Below are positions 38,201 to 52,329 of a stretch of DNA of 64,000 nucleotides, piece after piece; within the stretch, counting starts at the first letter, position 1, and every line of letters begins with the position of its first letter. A program made the translations under genes and the position numbers. Source of the DNA: Eledone cirrhosa (taxonomy: Eukaryota); contig OZ024740.1 in the NCBI GenBank assembly GCA_964016885.1, forward strand, positions 94,736,001 through 94,800,000. The letters run 5' to 3'. The notes below the pieces were generated by a model. The model searched no databases, was not told the DNA's origin, and worked only from the letters and a program-made list of their open reading frames with translations.

Positions 38201-41200
38201 TGTCTTTTTGCACTCCGTAAAGGTTGTTGGGTTTGTCCGATTTCACCATGATCTTCCCTGTTCTCTCCAAGCCTTCAATATTATCCTTAATGATTCTTAG
38301 ATAGTCCTGGCCTTTGAAGTTTCTCTTGAATTTGATTCCTTGGATGATAGAAATTATATCGTTTTCAAATTCCATTAATAGTTTGTTGGGGGGTGGATTA
38401 TTTTTAGATTTGAAAACTTTATCTAAGTCTGAAACATTTTCATTTAGATTAGATTTATCAAAGTGGAAGGCACGCCACCTGATTCTTCTTATAAAAGAGT
38501 CTGATTTTTCTATTAATTGTTTAATAAAGTCTTTGTTCTTAGGTAGAGGTATGTCTTTTAGAGAAGAAGATATCTTAAAGAATTCCATTTTTTCAGTTAT
38601 AATATAAAGCGCTCAACAGTATTGGAGCAAAAATATATGCAAAAGTTTTATTTAAAATTGTTGGTTACAACAAGTAAATCTTTTATAACTGATATAAAGC
38701 ACTCGGCATGTTTTGGAGTAGATATACGATATTAAACATATGGAAACTATATTTATAAAACCATATTTATTTCATTATACATATTTCGGGGATACCATAT
38801 TAAAAAATATGGCATGCCTTCTTCAGATAAAATACACTATATAAACAGTTTTATAAATAATTTTGACGTACCATAAATATTGAGTAACCGTTATGTAGGA
38901 AGCCGTTTTGGTAGTGAGATGCTTATAAAAATTTAGTGTTAAGCACAGTTAAAAATAAAGACGGGGAAAAAGAAGAAATGTATGTAAAGAAAAACAGAGA
39001 GAAATAGAGAGCGATAGGGGAGAGAGAGATAGTGAGGAGGTGAAAAAAGAGATGCAGCTGAAGGCAACAGATGAATAATAAAAATTCATCATACAAATTG
39101 AGAGATTTAGGAGGGAGGGAGTACTGTAATTATTTAGTTATAGTGTTAAGGAGAGTTATGGAGGAGATGGAGAGAAATAAAAAATGAAGAGAAAACAGAG
39201 AGAGAGAAATATAGAGGTGGGGGGAAAAATGAAAGAAGTAGACCAAAACAATATTCAATTAAACAACTGTAACTGTAGAAATATATCTAAATGTGCGTTA
39301 AATAACAATTGCTTAGTTAAAAATATAATATACAATTGTAATGTTAAAACTAACTTAAATTCGTTTAACTATGTTGGTTCCACCTCGACAGAATTGTAAC
39401 TTCGCTACAATAATCATAAGAATTATTTCACAGATCCAAACAAAAAATCTTCAACCTCACTATCAGGCTTACTCTGGCAACTTAAACATGATAACGTTGG
39501 GTACTCGATGTTTTGGAATATTGTCTCAAGAGGGATTCCTTTTAATTCCTCATCTGAGGTATGTGACCTCTGTGTGGAGGAGATATTCTTTATATTAAAA
39601 TCCAAAAATTCCCTTAATTTAAGGAGCACTTTATTCAATTGCTGCAGACATAGATTGAACTCAACGTTTAAATATAAATATAAATTTAAAATGTAGTATA
39701 ATTAATTAAAATATTTAATTTAATATATTAAACCTGACGATAAATCTTTCGATTCCTTCAACTTTTTCTTTTGAAACTTCTTCATAAATATACTTTAATG
39801 ATGTAATTAAACTACTCTAAAATGTAGATGCTCCCAATCTATTGAATACATTTTTACGCAAGATAAACTTCTATACTAAATATAAGAGCATCCGTAGAAC
39901 AACAGGGTATCCTCAATCCTTTAAATGATTTCTGCTAAATAAGATTTGTTGTGTAATTTTTTGTTTTTTTGTTTGCTTTTTGATTCTGATTGCTTCTAAT
40001 GAACTTGGCAATATATTGTCAGATAAATTAGAAGGGTAGATTTCTGTGGTTGATATGAGGGGCATACTGTGTTTTTTGTGGCCCGAGATACTCTAGGGAG
40101 TGATGAAAATATTTTAACGTTTTGATATTTCTGTGCTGATATATTGATATATGGTTGTCTCTGTACAAAGGCCATATGTATTAATATGCATATGGAATGA
40201 TTACAGAGTATATTTTATCTGTCCATGTACCTGTATGTGTGCATATATATATACATATATATCTATATGTATGTGTGGCTATATTTCTGGATATGTTACA
40301 GATATGCATAATATTCTATACATGAACGATAATCATGTATGTGAGGGCAGGAATATTAATCGTTTATTGTTTATGTATATATATATAGTGAAATTTTTTA
40401 TAACACAAGAAAAAAAATGTGTTTGTGAAACAAGAGATTACAGAGTTGATCACGTAAAATCATGGGTATGTCTATAATATCAACTAGAACTTTAGATGAC
40501 CTTCTCTTTCTCTTTTTCTTTCCTTTTCCGGAAAGTGCATATGCATGGGTATGTACATACTTATTTATTTCCGTATTTTTTTGAGGTTTTATCTCAGTTT
40601 TTGGTACATCGACCTCTGAATTTTAAACTAAACATATGGTCATTATTGAGCAAAATTATTTTCACACATTATATATCTATGTCTCATTCATGAATATTGA
40701 TATTTACATTATATTACCCAGTTCATATGAATTGATAATTCAAATTGATAGGACATAACGTAAAGATATAAATCTATCATCTATCGTCTCTCTCTTTCTT
40801 CTCCTCCCTCTGTATATATGATGAAGTCTATGTATCTGTTGTTCTGACTTTGCCTCTCAAGTTTCTCTCTTATTTCTCTCCTATTTCTCTCTTGATTTTC
40901 ACCTCCCCCTATATAATCATTATTATTTGGTTAACCTCTTTCTTTTTCCCCCCACCTCTATCGTTCTCTCTCTCTGTTTTCTCTTCATTTTTTTATTTCT
41001 CTCCATCTCCTCCGTAACTGTCAGTAACACTATAACTAAATAATGACAGTACTCCTTCCCTCCTAAATCTCTCAATTTGTATGATGAATGTTTATTATTC
41101 ATCTGTTGCCTTCAGCTGCATCTCTTTTTTCACCTCCTCACTATCTCTCTCTCCCCTATCTCTCTCTATTTCTCTCTGTTTTTCTTTACATACTTTACTT

Positions 41201-41421
41201 CTTTTTCTCCGTCTTTCTTTTTAACTGTGCTTAACACTAAAAACGGCTTCCTACATAACGGTTGCTCAATATTTATGGTACGTCAAAATTATTTATAAAA
41301 CTGCTTATATATTGTAATTTATCTGAAGAAGGCATGCCATATTTTTTAATATGGTATCCCCGAAATATGTATAATGAAATAAATCTGGTTTTATAAATAT
41401 AGTTACCATGTGTTTAATATC

Positions 41422-41423
<2 letters not shown>
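35296..41423 (-). mobile_element. Near-full-length Penelope-like element (Hydra-like clade) with a large inverted upstream copy
   Basis: ORF on - strand 38588-36362; 39240-40765 is an inverted copy of 35296-36810; 38735-39240 is an inverted copy of ~40940-41423; HHRs at 38768-38835 (-) and 41315-41381 (+). Confidence 0.9.
36362..38588 (-). pseudogene. PLE RT-GIY-YIG ORF, frameshifted
   Basis: IRRIRWRAFHF, KSDK, FIQLDIANYYSSI (motif A), DITMGSSDSAQVTDLVG (B), GLYRDD (C), FLDV, SNHP, CNCRNKSKCPL, IIY..YVGST..FKLRYNNH. Confidence 0.92.
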
Positions 41424-41482
<59 letters not shown>

Positions 41483-41529
41483 TATATATACATATAAATA
41501 TATATACAGATATAGATAGGTAAATATAC

Positions 41530-41865
41530 ACGGGTGTCTATGATTGTGTATAGAAGATTATATTAATAAGAGGAATTCCAACTTTGTCTGATTTACTCGT
41601 TTTATTTACAATCCTTTAAAATATATATAATATGGTATTATAATGAAATAGTATGAAAATCACAGTTGAAAATTGCAAACTCGACTGTCACCACATATAA
41701 TGTACCCGAAGATTGCGAAAGCATGAAAGTACTTGTTCAATTAGCACTTAGAATTTTATATTCTATCATACTATTTCATTATAATACCATATTATATATA
41801 TTTTAAAGGATTGTAAATAAAACAAGTAAATCAGACAAAGTTGGAATTCCTCTTATTAATATATA
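41530..41865 (+). repeat. Fold-back pLTR-like element with an HHR-like motif
   Basis: 41558-41656 is inverted relative to 41767-41865; CCGAAGA-TTGC-GAAA-GCAT-GAAA-GTAC-TT at ~41706. Confidence 0.7.
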
Positions 41866-41866
41866 A

Positions 41867-41957
<91 letters not shown>

Positions 41958-41988
41958 AGAAAAACCACAGACCCTCCATCAAATCTCA

Positions 41989-42026
41989 CCTTTTGAAAAG
42001 CAGAAGAACTGCGAAACCGGTAAAGG
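41989..42026 (+). ncRNA. Compact HHR with U3:A8 core in a ~210-bp insert between (TA)n tracts
   Basis: cctt-TTGAAAA-GCAG-aagaa-CTGC-GAAA-CCGG-TA-aagg. Confidence 0.75.
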
Positions 42027-42158
42027 AACCAAATAAATATATATATTTAAAAAAAAAATAAGACTCCAGTTGCATTTTCGATTTCATCTCTTTTTCTTTA
42101 TACTTTCACTCGTGTAGGACGCCTCGGTTATAATTTCATTTTGTAAAAAAAACCTCAC

Positions 42159-42395
<237 letters not shown>

Positions 42396-45094
42396 GAAAA
42401 TAAAACAAAGAAGCCTTCAATACATCCAAATTCTATATTATCCAACAATGTTTCGTCCTATTAATGGACTCATCAGGGCAATCAAAAAATCAAAACCACA
42501 AGAAGTACTATCGACCAATACAAGCCGAAAACTCCAAAGAATATGGAGTGTACATACACTAAAGTATTGGAAGATTATGGGTAAAAATATATAATAAAAA
42601 TCACTAAGGAGGTGGATAACATTTTGAACCATATTACAAATATAGTCCAAAGCAAAAAAAACTAAAGGTGGTTATATAGAGCAGGGAATTATAGTACTAT
42701 ATATAATACAATATAATATAATATAATATATTTGTAACAATATTAAAATTAAAATTAAAATTAAAAGGCACAATATACATATGTATATATGTACGCACAC
42801 GTACGCACATATACATATACGTCAATACACATTTCCATCATTAACAGCAAAAATAAACCTTAATAAGAGTTTAAATATAAATAAGCATAATAGGAATAAA
42901 AATAATAATGATACGTATATCTAATATACAGTATAACATGAAGTAATGAAATGATTAAAAGTAACACATATAATATATAATAAACTATATAATTATATAA
43001 TATATAATATAATATAATAGATAATATCCGGTTAATTTACAGAAACAATATAGATGTCACAATAATACTATAATAATAATATAATAATATATAATATATA
43101 ATGGCATGTAAGTTAACAAATCAATTCATATAGAGTTACAGTGTAGGTGAGAAAAAAATATAAATTGTACAATACCCAAAATTATGATGGTACAAAAATA
43201 TAAACATCTTACATGATATATAAAATTTAACATATCATAATGGTACATAAAATCATCGGTAAGACTAGTTTTAATTCTCATATCTCTAATTTCAAACATG
43301 TTAAGTTTAAGAATTCTACTTCTTTAGCACACTATATGTGGGATCTTAAGGGGGCTAATATACCATATAGCCTTAATTGGCGTTTAGTAGCACGCTCTAA
43401 TAACCTCTCTACACATACTAAATTTTGTAATATCTGTATCCTCGAGTCACACTCTATAATTTTCTCTAGTGAATCCTTACTTAATAGAAAGTCTGAGATA
43501 GTCTCTTCTTGCCCCCACGCTATTTCTAATTCTTACTTTTATTATAAACCTAAAGGTTCTAGTAGTGTAAATTGTATCCATTAGCTGATATATTCCATTA
43601 CTTATTTTTTTAGTTTAGGTTCTTTTTAGATATCGTTATATAAATGATAGTAGAATATTTCATTCCTTTATATATATATTTATAGTGAAATATTAATGTT
43701 TAGGAATTTTGATTACTTAAACCATAGCTAATATTGTATTGCCTTATTAGGTATTTTAAATATTTTCAATATTAATTTATCAAATAGGGTATTCGAGTCA
43801 TTTATCTGGGTTGTTTCCTAAGTTTTTACTTAACTGCATGTGAGACCTAAGTAAATACTTTTGTTTTTGTTTTTTTAATTTCCGGTTGATTTTATTTATT
43901 TATTTATTAATACAACTGTGCATGGTTTTCTCTGCCTGGCCCTTATTCACTCATTCACATATGTGTCTGTTTACCAACCTTTTTAAATATAAGTAATTAT
44001 ATATTATATTATGTTCATTATTTTATATTTAAGTTGTTATTGTACTATTGATCCTTATTACTTACCGATGATTTTATGTACCATTATGATATGTTAAATT
44101 TTATATATCATGTAAGATGTTTATATTTTTGTACCCTCATAATTTTGGGTATCGTACAATTTATATTTTTTTCTCACCTACTCTGTAACTCTATATGAAT
44201 TGATTTGTTAACTTACATGCCATTATATATTATATATTATTATATTATTATTATAGTATTATTGTGACATCTATATTGTTTGTGTAAATTAACCGGAGAT
44301 TATCTATTATATTATATCATATATTATATAATTATATATTTAATTATATATTATATGTGTTACTTTTAATCATTTCATTACTTCATGTTATACTGTATAT
44401 TAGATATACGTATTATTATTATTTTATTCCTATTATGCTTATTTATATTTAAACTCTTAAGAAGGTTTATTTGTGCTGTTAATGATGGAAATGTGTATTG
44501 ATGTATATGTGTATGTGCGTACGTGTGCGTACATATATGCATATGCATATTGTGCCTTTTAATTTTAATTTTAATTTTAATATTGTTACATGTATATTAT
44601 ATTATATTATATTGTATTATATATAGTACTATAATTCCCTGCTCTATATAACCACCTTTAGTTTTTTTTGCTTTGGACTATATTTGTAATATGGTTCAAA
44701 ATGTTATCCACCTCCTTAGTGATTTTTATTATATATTTTTACCCATAATCTTCCAATACTTTAGTGTATGTACACTCCATATTCTTCGGAGTTTTCGGCT
44801 TGTATTGGTCGTTAGTACTTCTTGTGGTTTTGATTGCCCCGATGAGTCCTTAATAGGACGAAACATTGTTGGCTAATAAAGACTTTTGATGTATTGAAGG
44901 CTTCTTTGTTTTATTTTCATAATTCTTCGGCTCTGTTTAATTACATTGAGCTATACCTTTTACTGTCATTTCTATAATACGAAGAGGGTGTTTAACTCCA
45001 ACACGCTCCAGTATTTTAATCCTTTTCACTGCTCCCTCTTGCTTGAGCTTCCTCCTATATACTGGTGTTTAGGCCTTTATATATATCTGACAGT

Positions 45095-47770
45095 ATGCTA
45101 ACAAATAGTTACCTGCCTTTATCTCTGAAGAATATTCCCAACCCCTCTAAGAATACTTACGAAAAACTATTGATTGCTAGTGTTAACTCCTTCGTAAAAA
45201 GGATTAGATGGCGTGCTTTCCACTATGATATTAATAGGAATAGGAAGGACCCCAGGAATAGAACGAATTTTAGTAACTATGGCTTCAAATCTTATAGGAG
45301 CCCACCACATAATGTTCTATTAGATAATTTTGAAAGTGACTTACTCTCTCTTGTCAAAAATATTAAGTATAGGCCAAATAATAGACATAGAAATTATAAT
45401 AAATTCGATAAGTTCCAGTCTAGACTTAAAAAATATTGTTAAGGGTTTTAGTGCGAATAAGTATATTCTTGTCCCGGCGGATAAGACTAAGAATCTATAC
45501 TCTATGGATTACAGTGCTTACCGTGACTTTATTTATAAGGAGCTGCATAGAAATTATAAAAAGACTACGCTAGATAATTTTAACCATATCAATAGTGAGG
45601 GTCTTAATATAGTCTCGGACCTCAGCCTTGATAAGTATACCCAGCCATATTACCCTAGAGAACGGAGATTCACTCTTAAGGATGATAAGGTAGACTTCAT
45701 TAGTAACCCCTCTGTTAGACTCATCTGTCCTTCTAAGTCCGATATAGCCATAATCAGTAAAAAGAATCCTTGACCTTATTATACCAGATGTTAGGGATAA
45801 AGTTAATTGTAACCTATGGGGGAACACTAAGGAAGGTATAGATTGGTTCTCTGGGATTAATAAACTTGAATCTAATAAGTTTATCCAGTTCGATATTGAT
45901 GCCAACTACACATCGATTTCACCCATCCTCCTAAATAAAGCCTTAATGTTGGCCATGACAGTGTCCAGCCTTACACGATCACAGGTAGATATTATACTAG
46001 CAGCCCGTAGAACTATTATTAATTTTGAGGACACATTTTGGACCCATAAAAACACGCCCAACAATTTCGACGTTACAATGGGTTCGAGTGATTCGGCGCA
46101 GGTAACTGCTCTTGTTGGGTTGTTCCTCCTAAATGAACTATATGTTACCTTTCCGCACCTTAATGGCGGACTATATCGTGATGATGCATTGTTTGTTATT
46201 AACTCTAGCACCAACAATATCGAGCATAAGAAGAAGAAGCTTTATAAGATTTTTAAAAGCTATAACCTTTCGATCACGATAGATAGAAACGATAGAGCGG
46301 TCAACTTTTTAGATGTCACTTTGGACTTGGTCACTAATAGTATTAAACCCTTCCATAAGCCTAATGAAATACTTTCTTATGTTAGTCCCAATTCTAACCA
46401 CCCCAAATCTATGATAAGCTCTATAATTAAGGGTGTATCTAATAGGATTTCCACACTCTCTAAGGACGTAGGAACATTTAATGAACATGCGGATTTCTAT
46501 AATAATGCCCTAGCTAATTCCGGTTACTCTAATAATAGTAACCTTAGAAAGTCTCCGCTTACTTATAATAATAATAACATAATATCCCATAACATATCCA
46601 TGAATGGGAATAGGAAGCATAATGATCGTAGATATTACATAGGTGTATCTGAACCCATCCATATGTTAACCCACCTGACTCGTAATAGGGAATATAATAC
46701 CTCTAGGAATCAAGTCGAACCCTCTGAGCGCTCACTCATTGGTGATGATTTTGCTAGATCTAATTCTAATAATGTTGTTTCTACTTATCCTATTATTGGC
46801 CCTAATCCTTTTGATAGGATTCCAGACAGCAGCAGATCTACTAGAGGTAGAAGCAGTAAGAGACTTAATAGAATTTTGGCTGATTCTAATAATGCGGTTT
46901 TAACTAATCCTTGTAATAACCCTAGTCTTAATAATGGGATATTGGATAATGGTAGAGTCGGAAAGGATAAAAATAGAAGGAGACTAAATACTTATTTTAA
47001 CCCACCATATAATCAGGAAGTATTAACTAATATCCCTAGGTCTTTCTTTTCTATCTTAGAGAAACATTTCCCCCTTCTCATAAATACCATAGTATTTTAA
47101 ATAAAAATGTTTATTAAACCTTCATTCTCTACCGCCCCTAATATTAGTTCTCATTTAGCTAGCACTAACAATAGGAAAATTAGGGATGGATACTCCTCTC
47201 TACATACTACTAGTCTGAACGGATCTGCAAATGACTTACCACCAGAGCAGACCTTATCTAATAGTAATCCTACGTGTAATGCATCACTACTTCAGTCAAT
47301 CAATAGCACCCGGAAGTGTAACTGTATATTGAGTGCTAACTGCCCTTTAAACGGTAAGTGACTCTCTAAGAATATCGTCTATGCTTGCGTAGTTATGACT
47401 AATTCCTCTAATAGAACTTATATAGGCTCTACATTTAACACTTTTAAGACTAGGTTTTAAATCTCATATCTCTAATTTCAAACATGTTAAGTTTAAGAAT
47501 TCTACTTCTTTAGCACACTATATCTGGGATCTTAAGGGGGCTAATATATCATATAGCCTTAATTGGCGTTTAGTAGCACGCTCTAATAACCATTCTACAC
47601 ATACTAAATTTTGTAATCTCTGTATCCTCGAGACACACTCTATAATTTTCTCTAGTGAATCCTTACTTAATAGAAAGTCTGAGATATTCTCTTCTTGCCC
47701 CCACGCTATTTCTAATTCTTACTTTTATTATAAACCTAAAGGTTCTAGTAGTGTAAATTGTATCCATTAG
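45095..47770 (+). pseudogene. PLE RT-GIY-YIG ORF with several frameshifts and stops
   Basis: VKRIRWRAFHY, PADKT, FIQFDI, FDVTMGSSDSAQVT, GLYRDD, NFLDVTL, SNHP, YFNPPY, CNCILSANCPL, IVY..YIGST, CNLC/ICILE. Confidence 0.92.
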
Positions 47771-49427
47771 CTGATATATTCCATTACTTATTTTTTTAGT
47801 TTAGGTTCTTTTTGTTTACCACCATTATTATCATCATTATTATCATTGGTTTTTGACAACTTTTTATTCTAGCTCTCATAATATTTTGGCTACTATACCA
47901 TATCTATCTTCTTACGCATTAAATGTTCACTATTAACACCTTATGAGTATATATCTGATATATATTTTATATTATTTTATTTTATTTCATTTTATTTTAT
48001 TTTATTTGGATTCTTCTTTGGATAGCACACATAAACTTATTGCCAACACCTTCAAATATATTATGATAATAATTAATCCCCACCCTCTTTTATGCTCCTT
48101 TCTATTATATAATACATTATATTGATTATGATTTTATGATCCTTTGTATCCTCCATACATTTCTTTTGTTCTGTTCCTATTAGCCTACCATAATTCTGCT
48201 TAAGTCAGTTTTTTTAGATATCGTTATGTAAATGATAGTAGAATATTTCATTCCTTTATATATATATTTATAGTGAAATATTAATGTTTAGGAATTTTGA
48301 TTACTTAAACCATAGCTAATAATGTATTGCCTTATTAGGTATTTTAAATATTTTCAAATTAATTTATCAAATAGGGTTTTCGAGTCATTTATCTGGGTTG
48401 TTTTCTAAGTCTTTACTTAACTACATGTGAGACCTAAGTAAATACTTTGTTTTTGTTTTTAATTTCCGGTTGATTTTATTTATTTATTTATTAATACTAC
48501 TGTGCATAGTATTATCTGTCTGGCCCTTATTCACTCATTCACATATGTGTCTGTTTACCAACCTTGTAATTATAAGTAATTATATATTATATTATGTTCA
48601 TTATTTTATATTGAAGTTATTATTGTACTATTGATCCTTATTACTTACCGATGATTTTATGTACCATTATGATATGCTAAATTGTATATATCATGTAAGA
48701 TGTTTATATTTTTGTACCATCATTATTTTGGGTATTGTACAATTTATATTTTTTTCTCACCTACTCTGTAACTCTATATGAATTGATTTGTTAACTTACA
48801 TGCCATTATATATTATATATTATTATATTATTATTATAGTATTACTGTGACATCTATATTGTTTGTGTAAATTAACCGGAGATTATCTATTATATTATAT
48901 TATATACTATATAATTATATAGTTTATTATATATTATATGTGTTACTTTTAATCATTTCATTACTTCATGTTATACTGTATATTAGTTATACGTATTATT
49001 ATTATTTTTATTCCTATTATGCTTATTTATATTTAAACTCTTAATAAGGTTTATTTGTGCTGTTAATGATGGAGATGTGTATTGATGTATATGTGTATGT
49101 GCGTACGTGTGCATACATATATACATATGCATATTGTGCCTTTTAATTTTAATTTTAATTTTAAGATTGTTACAAGTATATTATATTATATTATATTGTA
49201 TTAGATATAGTACTATAATTCCCCGCTCTATATAACCACCTTTAGTTTTTTTTGCTTTGGACTATATTTGTAATATGGTACAACATTTTATCCACCTCCT
49301 TAGAGATTTTTATTATATATTTTTACCCATAATCTTCCAATACTTTAGTGTATGTACACTCCATATTCTTCGGAGTTTTCGGCTTGTATTGGTCGATAGT
49401 ACTTCTTGTGGTTTTGATTTTTTGATT

Positions 49428-49465
49428 GCCCTGATGAGTCCTTAATAGGACGAAACATTGTTGGC
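49428..49465 (+). ncRNA. Minimal hammerhead ribozyme in the pLTR (copies 44836-44873 on +, core mutated; 42442-42479 on -)
   Basis: gcc-CTGATGA-GTCC-ttaata-GGAC-GAAA-CATTG-TT-ggc. Confidence 0.85.
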
Positions 49466-49612
49466 TAATAAAGACTTTTGATGTATTGAAGTCTTCTTTG
49501 TTTTATTTTCATAATTCTTCGGCTCTGTTTAATTACACTGAGCTATAACTGTTACTCTCATTTCTATAATACGAATAGAGTGTTTAACTCCAACACGCTC
49601 CAGTATTTTAAT

Positions 49613-49695
<83 letters not shown>

Positions 49696-49699
49696 TATT

Positions 49700-49751
49700 T
49701 ATATATAAATATATACACGTACATACATATATGTATACAGACGTACAGTAG

Positions 49752-49792
<41 letters not shown>

Positions 49793-50619
49793 ATACATGC
49801 ATATATATGTAGGTATGGATTCACCGAACATTTATTATAATGCTTGGTGTGTTTTTAAACAAACATCCCGTATTAAGCCGTAGTGTCTAGCAACCATCGT
49901 TGCTCGTTTGTTCAACACTGACAGAGGAACGCTGTAATAGTTTCAAGCGTATTAGCAATCGTCAGCAAGGTATACCTTCCTGCCAGATTGTTGAACGTAT
50001 ATATTTACCTTATGTATATTAACGGCTGAGTAACCCAATTTGCATATCGATTGTGTCAATCGGCCGGGTGCACTGAAAACGATAAATGGAAAAAAAAAAC
50101 TAAATTTCATTTCGCACACTTAGTACGGCTATAACTTAAATATAAGTATGTACACGTACATACATATATGTATACAGATGTACAGTAGTATGTATATATA
50201 TATACATACATGCCCACATATATATATATATGTACGTATGGATTCACCAAACATTTATTATAATGCTTGGTGTGTTTGTAAACAAACATCCCGTATTAAG
50301 CTGTAGTGTCTAGCAACCATAAATGCTCATTTGTTTAACACTGACAAAGGAACGCTCTACTAGTTTCAAGTTTCAAGCTTATTAGCTATCGTCAGCAACG
50401 TATACCTTCCTGCCAGTTGTTGAACGTATATACTTACTTTATGCATATTAACGGCCGAGTAGCCCAATTTGCATATCGAGTCGGTTAATCGGCCTGGTGC
50501 ACCGAAAACGATAAACGAAAAAAAAAAACTAAATTTCCATTCCCACTCTTAGTACGGCTATTACGTAAATATAAGTATGTACACGTACATACATATATGT
50601 ATACAGACGTACAGTAGTA

Positions 50620-50665
<46 letters not shown>

Positions 50666-51370
50666 CATGCACACACATATATATATATATGTACGTATGG
50701 ATTCACCGAACATTTATTATAATGTTTGGTGTGTTTGTAAACAAACATCACGTATTAAGCTGTAGTGTCTAGCAACCATAGTTGCTCGTTTGTTCAACGC
50801 TAACAAAGGAACGCTGTACTAGTTTCAAGCTTATTAGCTATCGTCAGCAACATATACCTTACTGCCAGATTGTTGAACATATATACTTACCTTAAGCATA
50901 TTAACGGCTGAGTAGTCCAATTTGCATATGGAGTGGGTTAATCGGCAGGGTGCAACGAAAACGATAAACGGAAAAAATGAAACGACATTTCATTTCTCAC
51001 TCTTAGTACGGCTGTTACTTAAATATAAGTATACAGATGAACAGTAGTATTTATATATATACATACATGCACACATATATATGTGTACGTATGAATTCAC
51101 CAAACATTTATTATAATGCTTGGTGTGTTTGTAAACAAACATACCGTATTAAGACGTAGTGTCTAGCAACCATCGTTGCTCGTTTTTTCAACACTGACAA
51201 AGGAACGCTGTACTAGTTTCAAGCTTATTAGCTATCGTCCGCAACGTATACCTTCCTGCCAGATTTTTGAACGTATATAATTACCTTAAGCATACTAACG
51301 TGTACATACTTATATTTAAGTAACAGCCGTACTAAGAGTGGGAAATGAAATTTCGTTTCGCTTTTTCCGT

Positions 51371-51372
<2 letters not shown>
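49700..51372 (-). mobile_element. Four tandem ~390-460-bp non-coding units, each with an HHR, plus a short inverted cap (retrozyme/pLTR-like)
   Basis: gtgtctagcaacc at ~49883, 50306, 50765 and 51158; 51300-51372 is an inverted piece of the unit. Confidence 0.88.
50813..50851 (-). ncRNA. Minimal HHR (other copies ~49931-49968, 50354-50399, 51207-51245)
   Basis: gttg-CTGACGA-tAGCT-aata-AGCTt-GAAA-CTAG-TA-cagc; palindromic CTAG; GUA triplet. Confidence 0.82.
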
Positions 51373-51403
<31 letters not shown>

Positions 51404-51765
51404 CACAAACACACACATGTACACAAATCCATAAATACATATACGGATATATACGGATATATATAAAGGATATGTCATTAAGTAATACATTAGGAATAAT
51501 AGTAATAATAAAAAGGCATATATATTCCATATATAATCATCCGCACACATTCCTATGGGATGCACATAAACACATACATGTATGCACAAATAAACATACA
51601 CACACATAGATGCCCACATATGCATGCACCGGTACCCACACACACATATATATATAGGTGTGTGTGTGTGTGGTTGGGTGAGTGTGTGTATATATATATG
51701 TGTGAATATATATATATATATATACACACACACGTATATATACACACACCCCAGTACCCACCCAC

Positions 51766-51814
<49 letters not shown>

Positions 51815-52329
51815 AAGACATCTACACAGAGGGCCACACAAAAAAGCACGCGAATATAAAAACAATATGATAAAATAAAATAAATATATATTTAAATTTT
51901 CTATATTTTAGGGTACATTAAAATCTGTATGTAACTGCATATAATAAGTACAAGAAAAAAATGGGTAAAATGAAATAAAAACGGGTAAAAAAATAATAAA
52001 TTGGGGGTACATGAGAAGGTGCGTGTGTCCATGCGATATACTACACATAGGTATAATGAGATGCAAACTTGTGTCCATGAATAGAACAGGTTCAATAACA
52101 GAACAATAATAGAAAAATAATGATAGTAATAATCACTGTTCCAAAGTGGACAGGTAGATAGTATATAGTCACGATTGAAGGGGTACTCATTCAATGTGGC
52201 GCCCGTCCCGGTCGCCATGGGGCGTGGCACCGTGGTTGGGGTGTTCTGTTATATATGTTCTATATATACAGTATATATATACATAGTATATATATATATA
52301 TGAACGTAGACAGTGGGTTGATTAAAAAA

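Noticed and set aside
49700-51372. Regularly spaced repeats as a CRISPR array
   Set aside because: Whole 400-bp units repeat with no unique spacers, there are no cas genes, and the context is eukaryotic
52195-52245. GC-rich patch with a Kozak-like gccATGg
   Set aside because: About 50 bp only, with no sustained ORF or CpG island
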